A stretch of 64,000 nt of DNA from Vicugna vicugna. Taxonomy: Eukaryota. The notes beneath the pieces were generated by a model. It was not told the DNA's origin, searched no databases, and worked only from the letters and a program-made list of their open reading frames with translations. Location of the stretch: contig MU058065.1 in the NCBI GenBank assembly GCA_013265495.1, positions 4,810,976 to 4,874,975 on the forward strand. The letters run 5' to 3'. Shown here piece after piece: positions 13,604-27,699 of the stretch. The first letter of the stretch is position 1. Every line of letters begins with the position of its first letter. A program made the position numbers and the translations under genes.

Positions 13604-14719
13604 CTTAATATAAAACTCTAACAAATACTCCTTTTTCTCAACTTCTTCCCTTGTTAATTATTATTGTATTTGAAATCTGTAATTTAAAATAACTGTAGAT
13701 AAAACTGACACACTTCATTTGGAATATAGCACCTTATAAGAAAAACAGCCAAATAGGCTTATTGTTTGCCAGCTATGAATGTAACTATGAATATTAAGCA
13801 GAATTTATATTCATTACAAGAGAGTGAGGGAAATGTCTAAACATTACTTACACATTGGAAAACTATCTAACAGGCATCTATTGAATAAGGGCAAGATACG
13901 GTGGAGACACTGAGAGGCACAAAACAAAAATTTCTTCCCACGTAACTTATGCCCTATCTTGAAAAATAAGATATATAAATATCAGACCCTTACAGGATAA
14001 TCAATAAATTAAAAATATAGTGAGATATAAATATGAAACATGTCTAAGATAAAGATGCAGGTAAATGTCAAATGAATGGCATAGATAATGAATTCTAAAA
14101 ATTTAGAAAAGGGTCAGGATGCTGGGAATTAGAATAATTCATGAAAGTCTCAATAAGCATCCATCTTTAAGGATGATAACAGTACAGATGTAGTGTGATG
14201 TGCTGAACCCTGAGCTGGCTCATGTAAGCCAATCATTAGCAACTCTTCTCAACTCTGTGCTCAATGATTTTATGTTAACAGCGTGAAATTGTCTGTGTTG
14301 GGTGTATTTACACCACAAAAGTTGTCAACCTCTACAAATTAAGACTTTTTTTTCCTCAGAAAAACAGTTGATAAACGTTTATCATAACATCATGATATGT
14401 AAGGGACAGCACCAAAATCTAATTTGAATATTCATTTAATTTCTATTTTAAACAGTTTTGTAGAGGAAGAGGCTGAGGCCAAGGAGTTGAAATGACTTGA
14501 GTAAGTCACACTGTAAGTGTAAGTGACAGATTTTAACCTACAGGTTTGCACCTAAGAGTTCTTCCCACTTTGGAGCACTGTTCCTATATGGGCAAAATTC
14601 ATTTTTACTAATGAATTGTCCTCTGAACTGGTAGGAGCTGTTTATCTTGAACAGCCAGTGTATCAGAAGCCTAAGTCTATTTAAAAAATATTTTTAAATT
14701 AACAATGGAAAAAGCCAGT

Positions 14720-15230
14720 GAAATCTGTTTTAGTCTTTTTCTACATCACAAATACCCCAAGATTCAGTGACTTACCATTTTATTTTGTTCACAGTTTTAT
14801 GGGTCAGGAATTTGGGGAGAGTGAAGCTGCAAAGTTCTAACCTGGAATCTCTCATGTGATTGTAGTCCAATTTTAGCTTGGGCGGAATCTATCAGGAGTC
14901 TCAACTTTCTGGTTGCCCGGAGATGCCTTGAGGACTGACTGCCGAGAGTCAGCGGCTGCTGTCTTTGAAGCTTCAGTGCTTGACTTCTTCAGTGTGGCAG
15001 TCACAGCCTATCGGACCTCTTCCATGGTGGTCAGTGCTCCATGAACAAGTCTTGCAGTGAATGAGGCAGAAGCCTTTCCTGGCCTAGGCTTGAACGTTAC
15101 ATAGTCCCCTTTCTGCTGCATTCTCCAGTGGCTGAAGCAATTATAAGCTCAGAGTCCAGGAAAGGGGGCGTTGACGTCCCCTCTCTAGTGGAGATGTCTC
15201 AAAGCACTTTGTGGCCATTTTTTGTAAACC
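14720..15230 (-). mobile_element. MLT1-type LTR
   Basis: tcacagttttatgggtcaggaatttggg...ctgcattct motifs. Confidence 0.6.
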
Positions 15231-15287
15231 TGATCTAGACGTCAAATAAATTTCCTTCCAAATACTCTAATAAATAAAACCTTGGTC

Positions 15288-15470
15288 TCATACAAGGAAA
15301 TATATTCAATACCTTATAATAACCTATAACAAAAAAGAATATAAAAAGGAATATATATATATATGTATAACTGAATCACTATGCTGTACACAAAAAAACA
15401 CAACATCATAAACTGATTATACTTCAATTTTTAAAAAATTAAAAAGAAACAGAACAAACAAACAAAAAAA
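15288..15470 (+). mobile_element. 5'-truncated L1 tail with target-site duplication
   Basis: actgaatcactatgctgtacac..A-tail, flanked by ccttggtct on both sides. Confidence 0.8.
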
Positions 15471-16069
15471 CCCTTGGTCTGTACAACATGTTGTTCTAGT
15501 TTTTTCCCTCAGCCATTGACAAAGAAAAGGGGTAACTAAGATTTCTAAATCCAAGTTCAACTGAACAAAAACTTGGGTGTGACTTCCTTTCCTCATCCTT
15601 TCATGTTCTTTACGAACTATTTTGACAATCTTAAATAATATTTAAGGAAGGGACTCAAGTAAGTGTAAGCTACCATTCTCAATCTTACGAAACAATGCAG
15701 TTGAGGAGATGTAATATTCACTCATGCATTCATTCTTTCATTCAAGAATCAGTTATTGAACACCTCCCCTGAGTCAAGCTTAGTACCAGGAACTTTAAAA
15801 ACAAAGAAAAACAGATATTGTCACTGGCTTTCATAAGCTCACAATGCAATGGGAACACAAACCACACACAACTACAATGCAATCAGATAGTTGATAGAGT
15901 TATGAAGAAATTTCTGCAGGATCCCGGAGAAGAGAGCCATGAGGTCTTCTTGGTAGGAAGTGTGTAGAATTTTGAAGTTGATATTGGAAATCAAAAGTAT
16001 GGATAGTTAAAAATATATCCCAAGATTTCTTTGCCTGTGTTTTCATAATTACATTTAATATGCACATAC

Positions 16070-16238
16070 CTCTAACAGAGGCATTAACATCATACAGAAT
16101 GACCAAATCTCATTTACCTGATTTAGGAGAAGGTGTAACTTTACAGCTTCTGTGTTCCACCCACTTACCCAAATTTTCCTTGATTTTAAAGTTGTTTTCC
16201 AGGCTGAGGGAAAGCAGAAAAGGCCTCGACTAATGCTT
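16070..16238 (-). pseudogene. Start of unit 4 (pre-TAGT segment)
   Basis: ctctttggttctag acceptor, G|gtatgt donor; AFPQPGKQL*NQGKF and DLVILYD (cf. GREB1 FDYIIHD); an internal GT-AG pair only 51 nt apart. Confidence 0.5.
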
Positions 16239-16373
16239 CTAGAACCAAAGAGAGAGTATAAATATATAGTTTGAACAAAAGCAGTGTCTACAAAGGGAAA
16301 TGCCAAATTCAAGAAATTATCAAAAAGCTACTAGGGAAAAGTGAATGTCAAAAAAAATTGGAAAGCACGACTG

Positions 16374-16547
16374 TTTAAGAATTAATCACAATGTGAATAA
16401 TATGTGAAGTTAGCTCACAGTGAAAAAAAATGTGACAAAGAATATATGTACGTTCATGTATAACTGAAAAATTGTGCTCTACACTAGAAAATGACACAAC
16501 ATTGTAAAGTGATCATTACTCAATAAAAGAAGTAAAAAAAAAAAAAA
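16374..16547 (+). mobile_element. 5'-truncated young L1 tail
   Basis: gttcatgtataactgaaaaattgtgctctacac..poly-A; flanks aaagcacgactg and aaagcactgactg. Confidence 0.75.
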
Positions 16548-17708
16548 GCACTGACTGATGCTTCCCACATGGTTACTAGGGTTCCAATAAAATGGATCAA
16601 ATGCAAGATCATCTTAATTACTAAGAGAAGGTTTTAATCCAAAGAATATAGGAATTGTCACTGTAAGAGTAACTATACCAATATGACAAATAGTTAAAAT
16701 GCAGAGCTTTGACCCATAGATGCCATTTTAGTGGGATTTGTCCATATTTGGGGCTATTAGGGTTAGGTTAACAAGATATCTGAAAAATTTCACAGAAGTG
16801 ACTTTGTGCAGAATCCACAAGTGTGACTTGTAATTCGGAGAGTCTGGCTCAGGGTGGTCCTTTGGTTCATGCAATTTGATTCTTTGTTCGTCTTGCAGTT
16901 TGACTTTGTAATAGACCGTTAATACACAGAAATATCAACTTACTGAATTGTCAAATCTCAGACCTAATTTAGAAATCCTTAAAACTCACTTGATAGAAAT
17001 CATTTTTTCTAACATCTATTCCAGTAAGACTGACCCCTCCTTCCGTTTAGTCTTCCACATCTAATCACTGAATCTGATTCTCTTCCCCTGCTGGACCCCA
17101 GATCAATTTATTCATTTCTAAGACTTGAGAGCAAAGTGCTAGGAAAGAGAGCTTCAGCCACTAGAGAGATTTGCACTTAACTAACTGTAGACTATTGAAA
17201 AGGGGTTATGTTAAAGTTAAGCAATTTTCAATCCAATATTCTCTCCAGCTAAGCTGCCCTTATTGGTTCTTCAACATCCAATTCTGCTACTACCCTAAAT
17301 GCTGGAAAAAGCCTGCATGTGGGACAGAACAGACTACATGATGCTGCAGTAACAAACAATTTCCGAATCTGAGTGACTTACAACAACAAAAAATTAATTT
17401 CTCCCTTCTATTAGCCTCTATTAGACTCTTAAATTGGCAGCAGCTCTGTGCCTCATGTTACACTCATTTGGGGACTCAAAATGACAGAACTTCCACATAT
17501 ATGACGTCACTGTGGTACAGAGGAAGGAATATGGCTTATCACATACTGTCTCACTGAAGCTTCTGCCCAGAAGTAAACACCTAACTCCTATTCACTTTCT
17601 GGGTCACATTATGGTGGCCAAAGCAAGTTACATGGCAAAACGGATGTGCAGTCCCACCAGGAGAACTGAAACACTAAAGATGCAACATCTTTAAAAAAGT
17701 AACATTTC

Positions 17709-18135
17709 TTGGACCTGAAGAATGTCATTCTAAGTGAAGTGAGCCATAAAGAGAAAGAAAAATACCATATGATGTCATTTATACGTGGAATCTTACAAAA
17801 AAAAAGACAGATGAATTTATTATTTACGGAACGGAAACGGACTCATAGACATAGAAAACAAACTTATGGTTCCAGGGTTGGAAAGGGGGATGGGAGGGAG
17901 ATATTGGGGATTCAAGATTTGCAGATACTAACTACTATACATAAAATAGATAAACAACAAGTTTCTACTGTACAGCACAGGGAACTATATTCAATATCTT
18001 GTAGTAACTGACGATGAAAAAGAATATGAAAATGAATTTATGTATGTATATGTATGACCAAACTTCTATGCTGTACACCAGATTGAAACAGCGTCGTAAA
18101 CTGACTATAATTCAATGAAAAAGAGATAAAAAGAA
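17709..18135 (+). mobile_element. L1 3' end
   Basis: ORF 17709..18011 resembles the L1 ORF2 end (DLKNVILSEVS); acagggaactatattcaatatcttgta. Confidence 0.9.
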
Positions 18136-18410
18136 AACATCTTTAAGTAGCATCTCTAAAACTTGCCACATCTTGCGTAGCCACCATTAATAGAGACTAA
18201 CTCTAGGAGAAAACATATTAGCTAGCTTTGCATTGTAAAAAACCTATAACTAAATGTAATTGTCTTGTGTCTTACGTATTTCTTTTGGGGTGAGACAGCT
18301 CCATATTTACTGTAAAACTGGCACAAAAACTATTTTAAAAAATCAAAAACATGACCATTTCATCAGTCTGCTGTAGCTGTAGAAAAAAAGCTTGTTTTCA
18401 TTCATTTTAC

Positions 18411-18762
18411 ACGGTTCAATTTATCTCCGAGGCTCTCTTGATTGTTACTGAACCTGCGGTGGTACCCAGCTCATCACAAACAGATCTGACTCGGAGCTTT
18501 CTAAAGCTAATTTTTGCCTTGGGGGCTTCGTGGTTCAATCATCACACTTTCTCTCCTTTTGAGTTCCTGTTAGAGCTGGGCTTCCTGGGGTCTTGCACAG
18601 TCGTCACTCTGAGCTGGCCTACCCAGAGGTATTTAAATTTTTTTCCCTCTATCTAAGAAACTGCTGGAGAAGGTCAACCGAACCTCCGCCTCTCCTCAAC
18701 ATGACTGATGCTGTACAAATTGAGATTTGTAAACTTCAATGGCTTGGGTTCTCCGTTTCCAC
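18411..18762 (-). pseudogene. Unit 3, GREB1 C-terminal domain exon
   Basis: catttttgtcag acceptor; LKFTNLNLY, VDLLQQFL and IEGKKFKYLW resemble GREB1 LLFSGLLLY..FLKKFHFLKGATL; 3' edge uncertain. Confidence 0.55.
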
Positions 18763-19872
18763 CTGACAAAAATGCATTCCCTTTACTGCTGATCAAGCGT
18801 GAACAAAGAAGAACCCATCTGGGGTGGAGGAAAATTAGAAGCATGATTCTAAGAAGAATGTCTACTCCCTGACTCCAATACCCAAATGTTTTCCTTCTAC
18901 TGGCCCTATTTAGCCATACTATTTTTCTAGTTTTGTTTTTAGATTGTTTGTTTAATCTAGATACAGTTTGAATGACTAAGTCACATTCACAGACATGTTA
19001 CATGGTGGCACCAATTCCATCAAAAATAATAGAAATATGGATTATGCACTAATTCTACATAAATGATATTTGTTAATAAAATTATGTAATTTGAAAGTAT
19101 AGTTTTTCTTATTTTACATGCACACAAAAGTTTCAGAGACATTTCTTTGGGGGAAATTTTTTAATTGGCAGGTTCTCTTCCAATTTCAGTGTTAACTTTC
19201 TGTGAATATTAGATGTGTTTTCTTAGCTAATGTTCTTTGACACAAAGAATAGACCCATTTATTTCTAAAACAGAAAAGTAACCCAGTTCACTCTTTTATC
19301 AGTGAGAGTATTAAGGTTCTGAAAGGTTTGTTAACAATAAGGGAAGAGGAATTTCTGGGAACTCTTTGTAAACTAAAAACATTCAATAGGCAAAAGAAAG
19401 GAAAAACAATAATAATATTATATAATATTAATCACTTTTTAGTTTGTGTTTGAAAATTTATGTCTGCTTTTTTTTAAGACATACAGAATAGCTGAAGTAG
19501 AGATTAACTGAATGGTTTTAAATTAACATGTGTAATACGATTGTTTGGTAAGGACTACTTAGATTCTGTGTTAGGAAAGATTCTGAGGCTTTACAATAAG
19601 GTTCTGTGATTGATTAGTTATGTCTTTTCTGGTTCCAGGAATGAGAAAAGTATGGCACATGCCATTCTTTGTTGGGCTTGATGTAACTCAAAATAAAAGC
19701 AAAAGAAGAGACTGCTTAAAAATACTATGGTTTAATTTTGATCATGTTACTATACAGGGTATAATACAGGGTATAATTGCTGAACTTTGTGTTTTCTATT
19801 TTCCTGGGAATGTGGTGGATGGTTTGTTTCAAGGAAGTTTTAAATGTGTTTTTGGACGCCAGAACAACTTAC

Positions 19873-19993
19873 ACTGGTCAGACAAGGGAAGTGTAATGGA
19901 AGTGGCTGTTATCTAATGATTTCCGGCAATCTTTGGGGCCTTCCAAAGAAACATATCGTTCAGGAACAATTCTAAGAGCATTTCTAAGAGCAG
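19873..19993 (-). pseudogene. Unit 3, GREB1 C-terminal domain exon
   Basis: tcttctctggttag acceptor, gtaagt donor; ALRIVPERYVSLEGP. Confidence 0.55.
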
Positions 19994-20724
19994 CTAACCA
20001 GAGAAGACCCCCATGCAATTCATTCTTGGAAGGTCTGCATTTAAAGTTATATACCAAATAAAAAAAATTGTGATTTACTGTGAGGGAAGTCCCAAGGGAT
20101 AGTCTTTGAGGATAGCTCTGAATTGTGGCTATTTTTTCTAGTCTGTAAGTAATGAGGACACTGACAATTGTTGCAAGGGAAACAAAAAGAATTTACAAAG
20201 AGTGTGTTGTAAAATTGCTCTGGACATAGACATGGTGAAAAGATAATGCAGTCTTGACAATCAAGGACACACAAGTTAAAAAAGAAAGAACTCAGCCAAA
20301 AATATCACAGCATATAATTGTAGGCAGTTGCTACTAAAAAATTTTTCTTATACTCTGAAAAAGTAAAATACAGGATAGGAGATTTGGAGAATCAGTTCAG
20401 TGATTCAATATTCATATAGACACTCAGAAAGAAAGAATAGAAGTCAGAGGAGAAACCATCAAAGAACTAATGTAAGATCATTTTCCATGATTAAGAGGTC
20501 CATTGAGTTAGTGTTCAGCCCAGTGGAAGAAAAAGGATCCACATTAGTGCCCAACCTTATGAAATTTTTTCAAAGAGTAAATTCTAAAATCTTCCAAGAA
20601 ACCTAAAAATGGTACATTAAATTAATTAGAAATTAGAATGCCTTCATGCTGGTCATGGCAATCTGAGAAGTTAAGAGACAAAGGACTGGTACCTTCAAAA
20701 TTCCTAGGCACTTATCTCCCCCAA

Positions 20725-21355
20725 CTGTCCCAGCTATCTACTGCTGTGTAACAAACCATCCCAATCCCCCAAGTCATGTGTTTTGCTCACAAATGTGCAA
20801 TTTGGAAAGGTCTTAGCAGGGATGGCTTGGCTGCTCCTTGGGATGGCTCTGCAGGTCAGGAGGATCTGGTTCCAAGTGAGTGTACCCATATGGCAGATGA
20901 TTTGATACTGGTTACAGATTCCTCTCTATGTGGGTGTCTCTGTGGGGTGATTTGTGTGTCCTCATAGCATGCTGGCTGCGTTGTGAGAGCCAAGTGTACC
21001 AAGGGAAGACAAAACAAAAAAAAAACAAGTGAAACCTGTATAACCTGTGTGTCCTAGCCTTGAAGGCCACATAGCGTCACTTCCCCTATAGTTATGTTTG
21101 TTCAGATTCAAGGACAAGGAACAGAACCAAGGGAAGACAAAACAAAAAAAAAAACAAGTGAAACCTGTATAACCTGTGTGTCCTAGCCTTGAAGGCCACA
21201 TAGCGTCACTTCCCCTATAGTTATGTTTGTTCAGATTCAAGGACAAGGAACAGTGATCCAACCACTCTGTGAGAAGAATGTGAAAGTCACGTTCTAAGAG
21301 CTTGTGAGATAGGAAACATTGTTTTAGTTATTTTGGGAAAATACAATCTGCCACA
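20725..21355 (-). mobile_element. MLT1-type LTR with an internal 128-bp duplication
   Basis: ctgctgtgtaacaaaccatccc...aaatacaatctgccaca. Confidence 0.7.
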
Positions 21356-22263
21356 TCAACCTAAAATTCCATCCCCGAAGAAACTACTAATTAAGTGCAA
21401 GGGTTGAATGAAGACCGTTTTCAAACGTGTTAGAGCGAGATGATTGACCTCCGATGCACTCATTCTCAGGAAGCTGCAGGGGACATTTCCCAGGACATGA
21501 GAGCACAAAACAAAGACACTGACTGAAATTCAGGAAAGCAGGGACCTGACTCTGTGGAGGAATGGAGAGCTCCCCTGATGGTAGAGTGATCTCCCGATGG
21601 TAGCTGTGGGCCACCAGAGAGACCAATCAGCTTAGGTCAGAGCAGGGCAGAAGGCTCTGGAAGTGATGTCTCAAAAATACAAAATTTTACAACACAATAT
21701 GATCGTGTTAAGGAAGACTGAGTCCATTAGGGGAGAATTTGAAGCTGAAGTAGAAGGGCACATAGAAAACTAAGTGAACAAGGAAATAAGACAGTCGACA
21801 TCAAGGAAAAGAAAGAATTTTTCAAGAAAGGAAAAAATGTCATGGTGCACTACATGATTTCGTTGAGAATAGTGTTTATAAGGTCATGAAAATGTCCACA
21901 TCAAATGCTTATACAATCAAAATTGTGTTGTAATCTATTGAGAGAAAAGGGTGTGTGGTTAGGACGCATATCTGGGTAGACACTGGGTGAGGGAGATTAA
22001 ATACAACTAAATCATTATCCTCTATAGTAGGAAATTAATAGGTGTGTCTACAATTTTAAACCACAAGAAGTTGTAAGTAAGCTTTTTAGAGATATTGAGC
22101 ATGAATTTATAAAGAGAGCTGGGAGTGGTTGCCTCTGGGAAAAGGGCATCCTGTTTCCAACGGAAATAGGCATGGAGGAGGGTGACGGGAACCAGACAGA
22201 CATGATTTTCACAAGTCTTATAAAACTATTTGACTATTGAGAATAAGGAATAGAGGAACATAC

Positions 22264-22346
22264 TTGTTGGCTAAGACAGCACATCATGGTCTCCAGCGTC
22301 CGTGATCACCGTCACGTATGTGGCCAGGGTCTCTGTGAGGGAAGGG
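22264..22346 (-). pseudogene. Exon remnant, unit 3
   Basis: ttttattttatgcag acceptor, A|gtatgt donor; PSLTETLATYVTVITDAGDHDVLS*PT, phase 2-1. Confidence 0.6.
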
Positions 22347-23249
22347 CTGCATAAAATAAAATCACACCACTCCCCGTCTCTTATAGCAGCAGCCGGGGCC
22401 TCTTCCTGAAGATGCAGGTGCGCTGTCCAGCTGCCCTGCACACCCAGGGAGGAGGGAGGAGGGGCGTGCTCCAAAGTGCCCTCATCTGCCTGCTTCTGCC
22501 CCCACAGTCTCAGAGGAGGGCCTTTCCTCTTTAAACACAACCTTTGATAAATGGAGGAGAAATAACTATCACATCCAGAAAACTCATCAAGCTTCCCAGG
22601 AAATATGAATGTAAATAAAATATTGATTAAAAGCTAAAAGGATTTTAATTAGGTTACTTAGTTTAATAGTTTAATTTGGCAGAAACAGACAACTTGGACA
22701 ATGTTCTTTGTGTAAGCACATTTTAAATCACTAATTAAAATTTCAGATGGCACTCTGAGATTAACAAAAGGATCTTCAAAGGCAAGCAAGATGCCCACTT
22801 ATTTTATTTTAAAACTCCAAGCAATACTAAGATGTTACTTTGAGTCCTTTGTCTAAAATAATGTGAAATCTTGTATGTGTTATAACCCACTTTGACCCGT
22901 ACACCACCTGTAATTAATTTATATTGAACAGAAAGCATAATCTGGTAGGCCCACATCCCATATATTACATTTCTGTTGAAGAATCACCTGTGTTTATAAT
23001 AGAATAGATAAAAATTGATCTTTCAGAGAAACAGTGTTATTTCATAGGAAAAAAGGACTCAAACATATAAAACTCATGACAGAGTAAAATGTTATTTTTC
23101 AGTATGATTCAGTTAGTGCATAAACCATTTTGAAATGAGACACTCAAAGAAGCTCTATTTTATATCTCTATTAAATAATTACATATCAACATACTGAATG
23201 GCACACTTCAAGGTCAAAGCTAAGTCTGTGATCGAGGCATACAGAGTGT

Positions 23250-23770
23250 ATCAACTGAGGAAAGTAATTACACAGACACTCTGGAACAACACTGCTTGTT
23301 TCAAATCTTAGTTTGTCACTTACTAGTCACATGACCTTGAACGATTTAGGTAGCATTCCTATGCCTTGGTTTCCACATCTATGATATAAGAATTACAATA
23401 ATCATACCTACTTTGCAGAGTGACTGTGTGGATAAAAATGAATAAATTTCCAGAATTTAACACATGAAGTTATAGCATGTTGTCCAGAAAAATGTTAATC
23501 CTATAAATATAAAAAGCTGATGTAATTAGGGTGGTCGCATCACAGAAAATTGAAAATCTGTATTTTTAATGGGAGATGAAGAAGTATCAAGGGCTTTGCT
23601 TTAAGACTGATTTGGATTCAAATCCTAACTCTCACATTCACTAGCTGTGTGTACCTTGAGCAAGTTACTTAACCTCTCTGCGCTTCATTTTCCTCTAGTA
23701 TAAATGAGGATAACCACATCCAGCTCAGGGTGTTGTTGAGGAACTGATGGCATGATGATCAAAATTGTTC
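23250..23770. mobile_element. Two MIR fragments
   Basis: ccttgagcaagttacttaacctctctg core. Confidence 0.7.
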
Positions 23771-24553
23771 AGTAATTGTTAAGTTACAATCCCTTCTCTT
23801 TAGAAATAATATAAAAGTAGAGCGTATGTATTTGGTGAACTGACTTATACAAATTTATTGAAGTGGTTGCTTCTATTAATTCAAATTTTCTAGGAAGGAC
23901 TTCAATGGTGCACTGATTTTATAATAGCTACCCAGACATAGGAGGGGCTGAGTGTGCCCTGATACAATGAAAGTCCGTCACTGATCTGTTGCAGGGGAGA
24001 CAGTATTTGAACTCATACAAAGATCAATCAACATATCAAAAATACTAGTATTTAGATAAAAGTCGTTGTGGCTTTTGTACAAGTCATGGAATGGTGGGTG
24101 TGCCCTTCACCTTCCTTTAGACAACTTCAGGAAAAGTGCTGAAGGTGTCGTCTAGGCTTCTTGGCTGTTCATGACCTCAGTTCAGACATTTGACTGATTA
24201 TACATTAAGATACCGGATTGAAATTCTCCTGGGAAGTCTGCTTCCAGACAAATCCCCCAATATATTTCACTGACACCCCAAGTCAATGGGAGTGAGGACA
24301 GCGGGTCTAGGAGATTAGTTAACATACTGTCTATGACTAATGACAGTAAATAAGGCAACCATATGCCACTATCATCTATTTTTTAAATAAGTTTTGTAAA
24401 TAGGTCAACAAGGATGGTGATTAAAAACAGTGCAAAGTGAGAGGGAAACCTGTCTATAAATATTCAAGGAAGTGAGATCCTTAATCTGGTCCTACATTAT
24501 CTTAATCCATAGTGTCATAAGGAAATTAAATTTGGTTCAAGGACTACATTTAC

Positions 24554-24818
24554 TTTGGTATAGCTAAAGATTTTTCTTCATCATTCAGAATTATCCATTT
24601 CTCTTTTGAAGCTCTTGTCTCCGTGGACTGTTGGGACAAGCCACCTTCTTACAGTTTTATTTTTCCCTTCAATCGAGTCACTCTCTAAGTCAGTCATCAT
24701 TTCATCCTTTGAAATTTCAGCTTCTGTTGGAACCTTATAATCTTTCTTCCAGTTGTTTTCTGCATCCACAATCTTTGCTGCTCAATCCACATGTATTTTT
24801 GAACCTGTGCCCAGTTCA
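24554..24818 (-). pseudogene. Charged linker exon, unit 3
   Basis: Strong acceptor cttcctctgtgtttttgctaacag, AA|gtaaat donor; ORF 24581..24769 plus a frameshift to KEKWIILNDEEKSLAIP, phase 2 into the next exon. Confidence 0.6.
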
Positions 24819-25198
24819 CTGTTAGCAAAAACACAGAGGAAGAGAAGTATTAGAAAGGTCCATGACTTCGTGGAATACATACAGTTGGGGAGACCGATGT
24901 ATGATAAATAATGAGAGAAAAACATAACACAGCATAAATGAATGTATGTGTTAACACATAGTAACATGTGTTTCCATATAACATAGGAAGCTTTGTGTAG
25001 TTCAGGAGGTATGTGAACAAGATGGCCCATTAAAATACACTTATAGAAAGCGAGGCAGGGTTTCAGCCTCCCTGGCGAGACTAGGATTCCAGGTCACTTT
25101 TTCTGTCTCCCACGTGTACCAGGTATGACTCTACTGTCACAAAATGGAAATCACTCGTCACACAAATCGTTTTCATTATTATGTAAACATGTCCATAC

Positions 25199-25652
25199 TT
25201 CAAAATCCAGCTTCTTTTTGTGATGGAAAAATATATATATAATTATTCTTTTTTTCCCCTATGGTTTGGTGAAGTAGATCCTGTGGGGCAAAACAATTGG
25301 TACCCAGGTTTAACGACACAAGGCAATCACTGGCCACAAAGGCTTCTTCTCAGACAAAAGCTGTGTCCTATTGGTATTCAGTAAATCCTTGAGAAAGCCA
25401 CCAGGCAGCTCTTTATCTGTCATTATCGGCTGTTCTTTGATGAAACCACTATCTTGGAAAATGCATCTGCCTTCCTTGGGAGATTGTTAAGCAGCGGAGA
25501 GTGAACAAACCTGCAATTTCTGGGCTTTGCGGCTTTGCTCTGAGTAGCAACCAATGCTGAAAGGTGCGCGGTCTCTGTTCAGCGTGATCCCCACATAAGA
25601 AGGTTACAGAACCAATTTCAAAGGCAGTTTTTGTTCATTGGGTAAAAATTCA
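25199..25652 (-). pseudogene. Unit 3, TAGT C-terminal exon (heavily decayed)
   Basis: TFQHWLLL..SPEIAGLF, DAFSKIVV, GFLKDLLNTNRTQLLSEK; both boundaries uncertain. Confidence 0.45.
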
Positions 25653-27480
25653 CTAAATCTAATATATTTCCTAATGGACACTTTTCAATTTTTTCCATAA
25701 AACTGAAAAAAAAACCCATAAAAATCAGCCTTTAATTCCAGTTAGGCAAATTGATAATGCAGTTTTAACTCAAGCTTCATTTTAGATTAATTGATCAGAA
25801 TATTCTAGTTGAAGGAATGATGGTTTATTGGTCCCTCGGACCTGAAGTTATTCTTCAATGCCCTGACAGACATTTTTTTTTAATATCCTTTCCATCCACT
25901 CTAAACTTCCTTTTTGGGGTCCCTTCTGCTAGTCTCCTGGGTGGTTGGGCTACACCGTAGTGACGGTGTCTATGGCTTCCCCAATGTGGTAGTTTTGTAG
26001 GTTCAGGATTCCACCTCAAACTTAATTATCAATGTCATATAAAAAGGAGCTAACAGTCCTCTCCCATCTACCCCAAGCCACACCTTTATTTCACTTTAAC
26101 AAGTCATCGAATCTGACATATAAAAAGGTCAGAACTATTGCTTCAAAGCCTGGATGGAAACATGACTTGTGTCTCTTGCATGACATGCATTTAGATGGTG
26201 ATGTCAGATTAAGGAAATGGTATTGACTCAAGCACTTTGCTGAGAACTGCAGGAGAAAGGCACGTGGGCAGCCTTTCTACCAGGAACCACAAACTCAGAC
26301 AACAACGGACACTCACTCAGCACTTGCTGTGTGCCGGGAACTCCTCCTAGGACTTTGCGTGTAGTGAACTCAATCCATTATCGTACACATTTAGGGGTTG
26401 GGTATCATTGCTCTTACCATGTTAGAGGTGGGAAAAATTAAAGCAAAGAGAATATTAAGTAATTTCCCCCAAGTTTGCACCACTAGTAAATGATGGCAGA
26501 GGGATTTGCAGCCAGACCGTGTGGCACTAGAGTCAAATTTATTAACTACGACTCAGCCCTGAGACTCTAACTTCCCACAGCCGAGGCCAAGTCAGAGGCG
26601 TGAGCAAAGCGGACATGTCCAGCTCTTCTCGCCATGTGGGGACACAGACCTGGTGCTGGCATATCTTCCCACATTGCAAAGGACACCAAAGCCCTGATTT
26701 GTTCATATAAAGTCTCTTGCTTCTAAAATGTTAGGTGTTGATTTTAAAGTGTTTTTGAACACTTGTGTTATGGAAAACACAACACACTTCTGAGGGCCAC
26801 GAGTTTGATACCTTTGTTTTAGACACATAGTGTGGCCCCTTGGAGTGCAACATAAATGGCTCGAAAAGCTGTTCATTTATTTGCAGAATAAAAATTTCAG
26901 AACTGCTGAACTGAGGCCCACCCAGCTCATCTGGGCCAGCGTCCCATCCCAAGATAGATTTTCCTGAGTCTGTCAGCTGCTTTCCTTGTCTGCTCACTAA
27001 AATTGTTAGAAAAACCTCCCGCCTCTCGTATCAAAATAGTCCTTTTGGTGTTTGATTTCAGTGATCTCCCTTTTGCCCTCTGAAGATACACCGCTAAGAC
27101 AAACCTTTCTTCTACAAAATACTCTTAGATTTTTGAAGGCAGCTAACATAAGTCCTTCATCTTCTATTTCAAATTCCACAATCACAGATTCTTCAATAAT
27201 TTCTGTGACATGGTTTCAAAAAATTTAGTCTTTAAAGAAAGGCAAACAGTAACCTTTATCAAAAATCTATTATATGTTGTTTTGATGGTTTCCAAATTCT
27301 TTTTTTTTTGATTGACAAACCCCTATCATAAAAGTATGTGGAGTATAACTGCCATATATATGTTACTTTCTACATATACAATGTACATATGTAACTTTAT
27401 ATACATATAATATATTTGTTATTTTATAATTTGTATAGGTGTTAACTATTACTTGCTAATATCTTTATGCACATTTAATT

Positions 27481-27660
27481 CAGAGTTTCTCAATCTTGAC
27501 AATCAGTATTCTGAGCCAGAGAAGTTTTGCTGGAGGGGGTGGTCCTGTACACGGTAGAGGGGCTCCAATGGCATTTCCCAGTTTTGATAACCGAAAATAT
27601 CTCCCGACATTTCCAATGTCCCCTTAGGGGCAAAGTCGCCCCCTGTTAAGAACCAGTGAT
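27481..27660. mobile_element. MER20 hAT DNA transposon
   Basis: cagagtttctcaa...aatgtccccttaggggcaaa...ttaagaaccagtg. Confidence 0.75.
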
Positions 27661-27699
27661 TTAGGGTAAGGTTTATCATTCACTGCTATAGAAATAAAC

